Source: Owenia fusiformis (lineage: Eukaryota). Taken from it: a DNA stretch of 64,000 nucleotides. How positions within the stretch are numbered: position 1 is the stretch's first letter; each line of letters begins with the position of its first letter. The notes under the pieces are model-generated. The model saw nothing but the letters and a program-made list of their open reading frames with translations, did not search any database and was not told the DNA's origin. The translations under genes and the position numbers were made by a program. Shown one piece after another: positions 1-13,213 of the stretch. The stretch lies in NCBI GenBank assembly GCA_903813345.2, contig CAIIXF020000001.1, positions 30,504,001 to 30,568,000 on the forward strand. The letters run 5' to 3'.

Positions 1-3000
1 TTTAATTACTCTCACCATGCATATAGTTACTTTGCCAGTGGCTAAGTATCCAAAGTGTGTGTCAAAATATTTATTCATTTTATATTTTATATCTCACCAC
101 CCTATTCTTTACGTTCTTCCAAGTTGTCACAACTAATTTTTTCTCAATCAATATATGAGTTATTTCAAAAAGATTCTTTATTTTGAATATCTATAGATGA
201 TATTTATCTCTCATGAGTACAAATGGCTATTGTAATGAATATCCAGAAAGTTAAAAAGTAGCAAATCCATATAATTTATGACAGGTAAACTGATAAGTTA
301 ATAATATATGATAAAATGATTACAATGTTTATTATTTTTGAAAGATGAGAAATAGGAGATTCTGATCAATTCAGAGCTATAAATTGCTGCATTGGAAGAC
401 ATGGAAGGACCCCTTAATAGCCCCCAAGATATTGCACAATCAATCAATCAATCAATGCACACAGACCACACAAGAGAGACAAGGAATGTTTTGATTGGGA
501 CTATCATGGTCTCTAACTCTAGCATGGTTAACTCAAAACACTATATGAAGGTGATGTTGGGTTAATAGCTGATAATCTATTACTTCTCTGCACGCATGCT
601 GTGTGTGTCTCTTATCTGTATGTGTGACCAATAAACTTTGCATGACTAACCGTAAGGTAACATTTAAACATGGGGGATTGGGATCACAATTAATTCAAAT
701 CCTGGAAACACAAGATTAAAAACAGAAAAATAGGTCTATTTATCAGAGAAGAAGCGTTCACCTTAATCATCTAAAAGGATCCTTTAAATCAATGCATATC
801 CGTTGTAAGAAAGGGAAAACAGTGGTTATCAGAATTAATGTTATAAAATCACGCATCTTATTTAAAGGTCTTTTGGCTCATATGATGCAGTGGTAAGAAA
901 TGTAATCTGTAAAAAACAATTTGTACTTTGGTTTAAAAATATGAATATGATCAAGGCATCATCAGCCCATTATCATCACCAAAAAAATCAATCGAACCTT
1001 GATCCAGTCTGGTTTGGGTAAGGCTACCATAAGAGCACATTTATAGGTTTTAAAGGCAATACATGTATGATCATCTACATCACATGACACAATTATGTTA
1101 CAAATTTATGAAATATTTCACAATCTTTGTTCTACCTAGGAGAGAAATCAATACGTAACAGTTAAACCTAGTTAAAAAGCATTGAAAAATGTCTAGATCG
1201 CCGATTTCATGCCGCTTTTGATCCAGAGACTATATAAAGAAGCAGCAGATCCATAAAATCATTGCATCTTTGACTCCAGAACACGATGACAGAACAAGAT
1301 CCAGAAGTTCCAGATTTACCAGAGAATGATCTATCTGAAGAAAACATGATGTGGTACTCAAGTCTCAGCGCTATCTATAGGGATGGAGACAGATCCTGGG
1401 TATCGTAGGAGAGCGTGAAAGACCGTGAGAGAATGTAAGGAAGCTTGCCACACTAACAAAGCTTAACAAAGCGTGTCAAACCTTGATCAAAGCATCTCAA
1501 TTCGTGGGAAAGCATGAGAGTCCTTTATGAAAGCGTAACAAAGTATGTCAGATCTTGATGAAAGCGTCTGACCTCGTGTCAGAACTTCATGCCAGATCGT
1601 AGCAAATCTTGAGACATCTTAACCAAGCATGTCAAGTGGTGACAGACCTTGAAGACGATACACCCTCGGTGCTTTTATCAATTCGTGACAGAGCGCCCAA
1701 AATTTTTAAACAATTGAAAAATTGTTGGCAAAAAAATATTTGAGTTATCAAAGAAATGAAAAATGGCGGCCATTTTGAGATTCAGCCGCCATCTTGAAAA
1801 TTCTTTCTTGAACAAATCTACTTTTTCCCTAGGCATCATCATATAAAGGAACATGTAGGTTATCGCAAACAATTTCAAATGATTCTAACTTGAATTATGA
1901 ATATTTTCTGATCATGAACATGGGTGTATCCTTTAGATCCATTCATTATCTTCAAGAAAAGTATATATAATGATAATTTAGTTAATCAGACCTAAGTGAT
2001 ATTGAAGGGGTAATGGAGCAATCAACATACTTTTTCAAAAATGTTGACCTAATTTTCACCAAAAATGCAACCTATTATTATATTGTTGATTTGAGACATG
2101 TTTGATTTCCTAAAAGTAAAATTTGATTGCTCCAGGGACTTTAAAGATACTGAATTTGGATGACCAAAATGAACTGAAACCAATGGATAGCATGAGATTT
2201 TTCAATGGAGAAATAACATAAAATATTATAAATCACCTTATAGAACATCATGAAGAAGAAGAGATGAAGATGAGAAAGATATTGAAAATAGAGGCAAATT
2301 TAAAATGATAAGAAATTTCTCTGGAATAATACCAAATGAAAGTAAAGATTTGGTTTTAATTATAAATCAAACAAATCTTTATGTCCATATGACCAAAGCC
2401 TAATCTGGAACTTTTCCTCAGTCCCATCCACATAATGCGGTCATTAGAGATAATAGCATGGTAATTATTTCACCCTTTGTTTCTCTAAAAACGCCCACTC
2501 GACATTTATTTTGCATTCGATTACATACAATTCTAAAATTTTCATGCTAATCAACTATACACCTTAGTTGAAAATTGATCAATAAATCTTCTGAATATTG
2601 AACTATAGAGGAGCTTTCCCTTATACCTGTCATTTACATATGACCCAAGTTAGCCACCTCGTGGTGAAACTGGGAACTGACTACTGGCATCTACTGAAGG
2701 TTATCATGTCATTACATTTTTATATAACTTATTGATACCTGGCTGCAAAAGAATGAAATAGATAATGTACAATTCAGATTTTATAAGTTTATTATGAGAC
2801 CCCATGTCCATAACAAGCACAATCATGACAATGGGTGATATACTGACATACATTTTCATTTTTGATTTATTCAATTCTTGCATTACAATTCGACAATTAT
2901 CTTGGATGCCAAGGTGTAAAGTTTTCATACCTTGGAATCACAGGATAAAATAAATGGACTGAAATGGTACTTTAAAAACTGTTCCAATTATAAGGTGTTA

Positions 3001-4208
3001 CGCTTCAAGAGGTTTTTCTCTTAGCAGTGTAGAGTGTACATATTGTATTCAAACATAGACAGAATAACAAAATGTACGCACACACAGTGACCATTTAATT
3101 GAATGAATCAATGAACGGTAATGTACATGTTTATTTTGGATATACATTTTGCATGAAACCCCATTTTTCTTTTCTTTAAAGCATATATAGTTATGGGTGT
3201 ATTATCTGCTGAAACTCACGCTATAGGCTGATCCATTCATTTCTGTGTTAAAATATTTATTCCATGTTATTTAAGAGGAAAGGTGAATTTCGTCATTGTT
3301 AAATGGAAGCCCAAGACCCTACCTAATTATAAAAAATTAAAGAGAGTAAAAATCGTCTATTGTTTTTGATATTTTAAAGCTTTTTAAATAAAATAGCACA
3401 TATTATATCGCATTTGTATCTTTAAAACAAAAAATGGTCAAACTAATATATACATTTCAAAGCATATGAGTGTTCTTGTGCCTACAAAACCTTATTGAAT
3501 CACCAGTAGCCTGTAATATAAACACAAATAAATCTTTTAAAAATAACTGTTACAAAATATTTGAATTTTGCGCATCTTGTCGAGTCTTTGATCACGCTCT
3601 TTTAATAGTAGACGATCACTGTACATACAGTGCCTTATGTATCGAATAGTTATGCAAATTAAAGTATGTCCAGTAAAAGAAAATGTTATATGACCAATAC
3701 AAGAAAAGATATTTCACTTCTTGTGATATTGTAATGTGGGGTCTATGGGGAATCAACCCGAACGAGAAGTCATATTTTCAAAAAAGATTAAATTTTCAAA
3801 GTTGATAAACAATAATTTTCGAAACAATATTTTTAGATGTATTTTTACATGTAGATTTCAAATATGATTTCACTTTGACTGAATTTTGAATATTAAAAGA
3901 CGTAAATCAAGATCATTTCTACTCGCATATAGTCTATTGATCTAAAAGATAAACTTGTCTTCATTGTCAGAAAATAGTCATAATCCAAGAAAAAACCTGC
4001 TGAAATTGTTTGCAATAACCCACAACTCTTTTGAACCAAAACCGTTCACTGATATATGAATTACATGTTGTATCAAAGATTATGTTTTTTTTACGAAAAA
4101 TGGCCGCCATTTTGATATTTAGCAGCCACTTTGAAGTTCTCTTCTTCTTCAGGGTAGCTCCTTTGTCCCTAGGCATCAGCATATAAATACACTGGTATTT
4201 AAGTACCA

Positions 4209-5330
4209 AACACTTCACCTGGAAATGCATAGACAAGACTTTAGACAAGATTTTAAGACGGAAAATCCAAAATGGCTGCCTTGACATTTATCCAGAATGC
4301 CAAAAAACTAATCAGATCTAGATTTTCATACTAAGAATTATCCCTGAAAATTTGAAATTGATCTACCAAACGCTTCACCTGGAAATGCATAGACAAGACT
4401 TTACAGACAAGATTTTAAGACGGAAAATCCAAAATGGCTGCCTTGACATTTATCCAGAATGCAAAAAAACTAATCAGATCTAGATTTTCATACTAAGAAT
4501 CATCCCTGAAAATTTGAAATTGATTTACCAAACGGTTCACCTGGAAATGCATAGACAAGACTTTACAGACAAGATTTTAGGACAGAAAATCCAAAATGGC
4601 CATCTTGACATTTACCCAGAATGCCAAAAAACTAATCAGATCTAGATTTTCGTAGAATCATCCCTGAAAATTTGAAATTGATCTACCAAACGGTTCACTT
4701 GAAAACGTGTAGACAAGACTTTACAAACAAGATTTTAGGACGGAAAAATCCAAAATGGCTGACAATAAAAAAGTGATTATGAGTTTTTGATGATTTCTTT
4801 TAACAAAATTATCACATATATCTATTATTAACAATAACATAGACTTTTACAACAAAGTACACCTGAAATTATTTATAAAGCTACCAAATAGTTAAAGTAT
4901 GAAATCTCAAAAACACCCACCACGCAATATGATACAAAGTATTATCGCACGCTAACTTTTCTTAAGACACTAAAACTGGCTGCCATGACTGAGCTAACAG
5001 GTCCAAAACCTAATCAGATGTAGAATGAAGTGAGCTGAACCAGATGTTAAAGTTTTAAAAGCAACTGGGAAGCCATTTTTCTGAAAGTTTACAGACAAGG
5101 ATTTTAGCATTTGAATTCAAAATGGCGGACAGGAAGTAGGTATTGAGTAAAAAAATGTTCATTTACATCTGTGTGCACTCATTAGTTATCCCTGAAAATT
5201 TGAAGGTGATATCTGTAGTAGTTTTGGAGAAAACTGCCGGACATACGTACAGACGGACAGACAGACAGAGGGTTGGACGCGCCTAGGCCGACAATATGGC
5301 CCCACACTATGTGGTGGGGACTGAATAAAA
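4209..5330 (+). mobile_element. Helentron-type non-autonomous element (HINE/pearl-like), 162-bp repeat family
   Basis: About 3.5 tandem copies of a 160-162 bp unit at 4209-4760, then a (GACR)n tract near 5250-5270 and the 3' hairpin CCCCACACTATGTGGTGGGG. Same organisation as 52649-53683. Confidence 0.75.
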
Positions 5331-6492
5331 TTTGTACCAAATCCATTTATTGAGTTATCAAAAATTACATTTTTTAAAAAAAAATGGCCACCATTTTGAA
5401 ATTCAGCACCCATCTTGGAAATCATAGCTCCTTTTTCCCTAGGCATCAGTGTACAAAATTTGAACCAAATCCGTCAACTTCTATGTGAGTTATCAAAGAT
5501 TACATTTTTTATGAAAAATGGCGGCCATTTTAAATTAAGTTAATCAAATTAAGCGGACATATTGAAAATTCCTTCCCAAGCAGAGGTTCTATTGCCATAA
5601 GGCATAAGCCTATTAATTTAATTAAATTTGAGAGCAAATCTGTCAACCGGTTTTTGAGTTATTGCCCGGGCAGACAGACAGACAAACGGTCGTCATTTGT
5701 TGCTGCTGCATAAGTGTTCACATTCATTTTCTTCTTTCTTCTTCCTTTGTCTTGATTTGATTGTTTCAGGCTCTACAGACTTGAGACTGCTAGTAGTGGG
5801 TTAAATATTTTGATCCGGCCGGAAAACTTTCACCTTCCCCTTACTGATGTTCTTATGTTATATATCTTCTGTCAGTTCCTTCCTCTTATTTGTGATCGGT
5901 CTTCTAACTTCTCATAGTTTACCCTCTTTGCAAAGAATATACTGTTTCATATTCATTTGTTAATGTTGTCTTCCCTCACAATTTTCCAGTGCTTCGAGAT
6001 GATATTTTCCTGCATATTGTATTTAATACATATCCATTTATTTCTTGTTATAGCTTTAGTATACGAATTTAGTATGTTACTCCTATAACCTTGACATTGT
6101 AGTTTTTCCCAGGCTGGTAGCTGTTTGTTGCATCTTCCAATTGACTGCAGATTCTTGAAATCCTTATTATTTGTGATATAAATATTCCATAAGACTGGTT
6201 TCTATGAATATTTCCAGATAAATCAGGATATGAGACTATTTGGAAATTGAAGTTTTCCCTTTTTTCGTATAGTTTTGTTATGTTTTGTTTATTTATCTTC
6301 ATTTGTATGTCCAGAAAAGTTATTTCTGTATCCTTCTCATTTCCCTTGTTTAACACTAGTTCTTCAGGATAGATGTTCTTCATATTTGTCTCCATTTCTC
6401 CATCGTTGTTTATAGCACCAACGGATGTATGAACGGACGGATGGATGGACGGCTTTCCTATATCCCCCTCGAACTTTGTTTGGTGGGATAAA
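5325..6492 (+). mobile_element. Helentron-type non-autonomous element, 140-bp repeat family, interrupted by a Penelope-like fragment
   Basis: AAAATGGC.GCCATTTT core units at 5325-5670; the GACA tract at 5672 resumes as GGAC/GGAT at 6420; 3' end CTATATCCCCCTCGAACTTTGTTTGGTGGGATA resembles 56537-56568. Confidence 0.7.
5695..6405 (-). mobile_element. 5'-truncated, degenerate Penelope-like retroelement (RT C-terminal region and 3' UTR)
   Basis: ORF 6069..6395: IYPEELVL...FLDI...LYEKRENFNFQIVSYPDLSGNI...SYGIFISQIIRISRICS. The frameshifted continuation ends near 5953. Confidence 0.8.
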
Positions 6493-6839
6493 AAAGGTTA
6501 CCCACACAAATGTTAATAAACCAGTTATCCAGCATGGTTTTAAATTCATATATTTGGCATGATTGAACCAAGGGCTTATTTAATACCCGGGGCTTAAGTT
6601 GTGTACCAAACGAAACAACACGACATCCGAGGCTTTGTATGGTCTGCTTTAAACAATGGTGTATAGAGCGGTCAGCTTTCTCAGACCTAGGTACCTTTTT
6701 CTGTACTGTTTTGCAATCCGTTCACATCATTAGCTACATAATTGATTAACTCAAATATATGATATGTAAATAAGGGTTAATACGAACAGAATAAAGAGGG
6801 AAATGTACTTGAAGTGGCGATTGTGTTTTCTGTAAGTCC

Positions 6840-7106
6840 GTGTTACCCCCCTAACCCAGCTCTATAGCGTGGTATAAGGTGACCTGATTATGCAAATGAG
6901 AAGACCCCGTTGGTTTCCCCTTAGAACAATCAAAACGGACGCGGACAATCTTCATTTTAACTGTTCTTTCTCAATGTTTCGTGACCAAAATTCACTAAAC
7001 TATAGGAAATATGTTAAGTTATAAGGATGGATTGATTTTACTTACCAATCACCAATATGAGCTGGCATAATCAGCTCTGGACTTCATGTCCCTAGGGGGG
7101 TAACAC
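6840..7106. mobile_element. Short inverted-repeat element (MITE-like)
   Basis: Perfect 14-bp inverted repeat GTGTTACCCCCCTA / TAGGGGGGTAACAC plus an internal CTGATTATGC / GCATAATCAG pair; no target-site duplication seen. Confidence 0.5.
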
Positions 7107-9099
7107 ACATCGTCAGAATCAAATTCAAGTTATCGCACCTCTAATCTAATTGGTTGATAGAACAGTATACAGTAAAAGGTCGAACGCAGAATACATTGAA
7201 ATTGCGAACGAGGAACGTTCCGGGTATTACGTTCCCCCTTGATTGAACATTGTTCAATGTTCTTTCATTATACGAGCATGGCCAAAGGAAAACCGGTCTT
7301 ATCATAGAAATTAAATTTGTACTACAGAGCCAAAAATGTGGCCAAGATTAAGAGGAAAATGTGCTTCATTCAAATCCAACTTTTTGGTCTATATATGCAA
7401 GGAAAATTGTTAAGAAAAGCCATGGCTCATTTGAAAGGTCTCTTTGTAATCAAAAAATCAGAATATTGAAAAAATCTGGGATAAGACCCCTTTTCCTGTG
7501 GCCTGGCTCATACTAAATTTCATTGGTTTCTTTAAAATGACCACGATTTTATGGCCATTTTACAAAACATTCTCAAAATGGAGGCTAATTTGAACATACA
7601 GAGTGAAGTTGTTCTGACTATACACGCTCAGAGATATATTTCATGTAATAGCTCTAATCATCCTTCTTATCTCTTGTTTCAACTCTGTGATGCTTTTAAC
7701 AGGGCCAGGATTTACCAAGGGGGTTCAATTTTTCCCCTGTCTGGGGGTTCCTTTTATAATGAAAGGGGTTGGGGGTTCAAGGCAATGGAGAGGGGGGCTT
7801 GCACAATGGAAACAGTTTCAACAAACAACGAAAAGGGGGTTTGAGGGGAATGGAGGGGTTTGCACGAGCCCACACGAAACCCCTCACACTATGCCCATGC
7901 TTCTACAGTTCTAGTAGATAAAAGTTTTGGGATTCAAATTGGTTGATTAAAATGGCCATAAAATCGTGACCATTAGAACTAGGCCAATGAAACTTAGTAG
8001 AATGACAGAACATTGAACAAGGTCTTACTTTATTGGAAAACTGAGTTATTGGCATTTGATTGGGTTCTCCTTTTTGACTCACCCTGTACATATAAATAAT
8101 GAGTCCTTTTCTTGACAAAAAAACACCATGAGATAATGATTACTATTACGGACATGTGATTAAAAATTAAGTCAAAAGATACATTGATTTGAATAAACAC
8201 ATGATAAGCACAGGCAATATTAGGTTTACATAGCCATACCATTTCAAAGTTATATTTTCTCTAGTCTAATCCCAACTGAGCTATACATGATAAAAGGAGA
8301 TATTTGTAAAGAATGCATAATCCAGACAGGTGCAGGATAATGGATATCTTCACATATATAAGCCCTTACAGCCTTAGGGATTTGCAAGCCTTGTATAACT
8401 ATAAAAAGAAAATTACTATTGTGGCTATTTGTGAAGGATGATTGTCAGGATTGTTGTGTAAATTGAACATTGAGAGATCCGTATAAGGGTCAGTAATTGA
8501 CCCGTCACTCATTTATCGCTGTTTTGTACCAACAATAACTGTTTACTATGCAGAACTCTCAAAATCTTATGCAGTTCTCTGGATTATAGGGGCTTCAACG
8601 GGTTTTGATCCAAGCTTTACCACAAGTGGAATTTGGCTCTCAGAAAAAAATCAATCACCTGCTATATTCAAGATCCAATATTGAAACAAATGTTCACGTT
8701 CAAGTAACTTTCCTACAAGTGAAGTACTGAACTAATTTGAAATAACATCAGATCTAGCAAGCTCATTGAGCAAAAAATATTCCAGAATTGAAACAATTTT
8801 TTGTTTTTGTTTAGCTTGCTCGCTAGATCTGATTCTCCCTTTAATGTTGAAATATTACAGTGTTACATAATATTCTATTGCCATTGCCATTAGTTACAAA
8901 CCGTATCATCTAAATTAGTTTTATAGCTTTTGAAGCAATATGATATGTGGAGCCCCACTCCAGGCTATGTCTTTCCATGATACTCATGGTCAGTTGATCT
9001 CTGAAATTTATTTAATTGGTCTATTACATTTTCAGCAAAACTGTATGGGCGATATATGAAGGTACTCTTGAACTCATGACTCATGGCTTTCTAAAAAGC

Positions 9100-9385
9100 T
9101 GCCCTGTCAACCCTCACGCATTAGGCGTGATTGTCACGCATTTGCTGGAAAAATAGAAATCACGCATCAATTTAGCGTGTATGATCAAATATCACGCAAA
9201 TCACGCATTTTGTTGATATTCTTAAAAATCGTTTTTTGTGAAATGCCGACACGGTAAAAAAGCGAACGGCGAAAAAAAGCGAACGCAATCCGTTCGGTCT
9301 TTGCACGTGATTGCCGTTTATGTCACGCATTTGGTACAAAATATGTGTGCATATCACGCATTTGTTTTGAAAATATTTACACCTG
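9100..9385. mobile_element. MITE-like element with reiterated TCACGCA motifs
   Basis: CCTGTCAAC left end and many TCACGCA/GCGTGA motifs; related to 51680-52131. Confidence 0.5.
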
Positions 9386-10399
9386 CGCTGATCTCAAGAC
9401 AACAACAGTGCCAGGTGGTTGTATCCAAGGCTCTCCATCTACCTGAACTGGCAGGTCATACCCCCCCCCCCAAATGTTTGAATCAAGGCAATGTTGGTTT
9501 TTGGAAAATAAAACCAATTTGTTAAGTGGGTCAATGAATGAGATCCTTGTATGCAAGACAGCTCATCCCTAAACTTTGGGAAATCCCCTCCTCTGGTAAC
9601 TGTTAAGACTGTTCAGAGTTTCAGATCATATCTTCCGCACATTGATATCATTTCTAATAGTAATAACAACAGAAAGCAAATGATTTGTTCTACAACACAG
9701 TTTAATGTTCAGATGAATATGTGATCAGGGTACAATATACAGAACATCATCATTATCACAAACTTCAAACCAATCACTACTATGTCAAACATGTACAATA
9801 TTAAACTGGTATTTACAATACATGTACAATTTCTTCAACTCTTACAAACAAGATTTGTGTAACGAAATGACAAACTTGAAAGTTTCATTGTTAGCACTCA
9901 ACAAAGTATGCCTTTCATATGATGAAGCAATATTGAGGAATGATTATTATACTGGTTGATACAATTCATTTAGGGTTCTTTTGTAATCGAATAAATTGTG
10001 CTCTGGAGAACTCAGTTTTATTGCAAATGAATGGTAAATATGGTCAAAGCAATTATACGTCTATTAAATAATGCATTTATTGAAGCAGACTATTTATCAA
10101 AGTTTGACCTCAAATAGCCTGCACAGTATGATAAAACCTCAAGTAAAAGTTTGGGGTTTTCTTCAATGTTCACCCTTTTCATGTTTTCTGGAAAATGTAC
10201 AAGGGGGACAGCAGCATGAAGGTACTGTTATATAATATGTCATTGTATTGTTTGGCTTTCAAATATTTCAGAAATTCAATTTTTCTGGATAAGGTATCAG
10301 ACTTGAAACCCCCAAACATGGGGTGTAGGATACATATAAAATATATACATATATAAGAAATGTAATTATAAGGACCTTTGAGCCTAAGAATTAGATATA

Positions 10400-11249
10400 C
10401 AGGGTGTCTCAAAAAATGGACCCAAAAGTATATCAACAGGACAGAAAAACCAATCAATATATTTCTCCCATATACACAGTTTTTAGTTCAGTCTTGCCTT
10501 TTTGATGCCTGCATCCTTACTGCTGCTTGTTCATCACATTTGATAATGTTTCCGGTGAAACATATTTGGATTTCTCTTCAGAGATTTCTCTTCAGATGTT
10601 GGCTATACGTTCTTCTAGGTCTTTTAGCTTGTGTTAACCTTAAAACGCTCCTTCAAATAGGCCCAAAGTTTGAGGATGACGGCAGCAGAACAATCACAAA
10701 GAACTAGGTCAATTAGCGTCAAATGATTTAGGAGTTCTACCTTCCAGAGTTATGCAGGCTAGCCTGGAGACCAAATGATATCCAAATGAGAACACAGTGG
10801 TTTCAAAAAGAATGAGCCCCTCCAAACAATGCAAGGGCCACGCAAGAATTCCTATGGGTGCAGTTTCTTGAACGTCTGATCTCTGTGTGAGGACCTCCCT
10901 ATTCAACAGATTTGACACCCCAGACTTTTTCTCTGGGGCTACTTGAAGAACCATGTTTATGCTAATTCCAAGTCAAGAGACCAAGATCAACTTAGGACCA
11001 GCTTCAGAAATTCAAAACATTCCGCTGGAAACATCAAATGTGATGAGCAACTTAGCAGTAATGATGAAAGCTGCCATTGAAATATCAGGAGGTTACATTC
11101 ATCATGTGGTGTAAAAAATGTTGAAGCATCAAAAATGCAAGCCTCAACTAAAGATTTTGTATTGTGGAGAAAACATAGGCCTACATGCTTTAGCTACATG
11201 CCCATAAAAATAATGTCTGTGCTGTTGATATACTTTTGGGTACACCCTA
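10400..11249. mobile_element. Tc1/mariner-type non-autonomous element
   Basis: TA|CAGGGTGT...CCCAAAAGTATATCAACAG at the left and CTGTTGATATACTTTTGGGTACACCCTA|TA at the right; additional internal inverted similarity. Confidence 0.7.
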
Positions 11250-12420
11250 TATAGCATTTAATATCAATCTCAATGATTGTTATTTTAACATGGTACTTAT
11301 GAGGTCAATTTGAAATGTGAACATTGAGCTGCATCAAGCTAATATCAGAATATAACAGCTCTGCAGGTCCCTGTCTGTAACTCATGTTCCATCCACAAAA
11401 AGCAATCAGCGCTAATATAATTTAAGGTTAAGACCACCAAAACAGACAGCTCCTGAACCATGTTATGACAGTTTAAGTTGATACATCTTAAAACATTCCC
11501 TCAATCTGGTGAACATTATATAAGGTTACGGATTCAATAAAAGTTAGGTACACATGGTATGGGTAATGGAACGTTCATAAAAATTAACCATGATTTTACA
11601 TAATTCATGTACTTTAATACAAATAGGTGTTTTAATGTAAAAATATTGAGGCTATCAGAAAAATAAAATATAAAGTTTCATTCCCGCATCATTCTATAAA
11701 CTATATCTGATAACTAATTTGTTTTCGAAACTGAATTAGTCAAACTAAACTTTCAGGAAGTAATTAATCAAGATATGATGAGCTTATTATGTAATGATAG
11801 GATCAGATAACAATAGAATAAATTTCGGTCAAAATAAACTTTCAGGATGTGGGGATTCAAAAGATGATAAATTGATTGTGCAATACTAGTAACAGGATCA
11901 GATAACAATAGGATCCTACGCAATAACTGACAAGTATAAATAATTTTCTTAGAAAATACAATAAGAAAATAAGAATTTATAGCATTTGCCTCCAGGAGTA
12001 ATGGCACACTATTACACTGAAATGATGCTTAAAATTGAAGACACGCATCACCTTGTTTGAAATTGGAGACATATATCATCCAATGCCAATTCTTTTCAAG
12101 GAAAAGAAACTTATTCTAACACTGTATAACAGTGAATATTATATATTCAATTTCAAATAACATCATTTTAAACTTCTGAAATATCTTGTAGTGAACACCT
12201 ACTAACACTGAATGTTTTTCTCAGCAAAAAAAATGTTCAATATACACAGGTTTTACTGTACATTCTTTTGGGATTAAATCTTAAACTGGAATTAATTTCA
12301 AGTGAAAATCAAGGTCACATTTATGCTACCTGCTTCAGTGGCATCACTTAGAAAATACAACCTTTTTGTTGTGTATTCTTTATACACTCATTATGCAGCA
12401 TGATATAAGTCCACTATTAC

Positions 12421-13213
12421 TTACTACCCCAATAAATGTAAGGTGGATTTGCATATTTTCTTATTTTGACATTTGACATGAGCAAATCTCCCTCACAGAA
12501 TTTAGCCATCAAACCCATGTAATTTGAAGAGATTTTAAATAAAGTTGAAGTTTTATAAAAATAATTATACACACTTTTATAATGTTCGTTTCTACAAGTG
12601 ATTATTTATCAATATGACGCCATTAGTAGCCTTAAAGATGTTCTATTTACTCTTGTAACAAAGGTGCTCTACGGATAACAATTTATGTTTCAAAACTTTT
12701 CAATTTTTGATCTCTGGACATTCGGGTATTGCATCTCGAAATGAGCACTTCCTCAAAAAACGAAATCCAAAAAGTAAGTATAGAGGGAAAATCTGTAAAT
12801 ACAATTTCAGCTTTTCTTTAAGGTAGAGTATTGCGCTGGGTTTAAAGGGATTACCAATTAGCAATACTGTTTGACAGGTAATTTCGTTTTCCATCAAAAG
12901 TTTTCCATCTACTTCAATGTACAAATTCAAAAATGGTGGATATTTCAAGAGCCAGATATTAAGCCGAATAGTTGTCAATATGAAGTATCATCTGATTATC
13001 ATTGCTTATGATATTGGTAAAAGTGTTTTGTCAATGAAGTGAAGGGAAGAGGTAAGGAAACTGCAGATATTGGTTGGATTTTCATCTCAAAGTTCCATTC
13101 ATCCAGGTATCCAACTATATGATCTTGATGGCTAAGTTTTGTAGGGAGATTTGCTTATGTAAAATGTCAAAAATAAGAAAAAACGCAAATCAACCCCACA
13201 TCTATGGGAGTAA
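12421..13213. mobile_element. MITE with ~110-bp imperfect terminal inverted repeats and a 7-8 bp target duplication
   Basis: 12421-12530 is the imperfect reverse complement of 13110-13213; (A)CTATTAC flanks both ends. Confidence 0.6.

Noticed and set aside
2851..2930. Possible downstream SYCP2 exon (MKTLHLGIQDNCRIVMQELNKSKMK)
   Set aside because: Open only in phase 1, whereas phase 2 is required after 18579; weak acceptor; no convincing similarity.
5700..5950. SECIS element or hammerhead in the 3' UTR of the Naiad-like fragment
   Set aside because: No convincing RUGA/GA quartet stem or CUGANGA/GAAA core could be folded by eye.
7045..7091. Exon-like segment with a strong minus-strand donor
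   Set aside because: Stops in all three frames, and it lies inside an inverted-repeat element.
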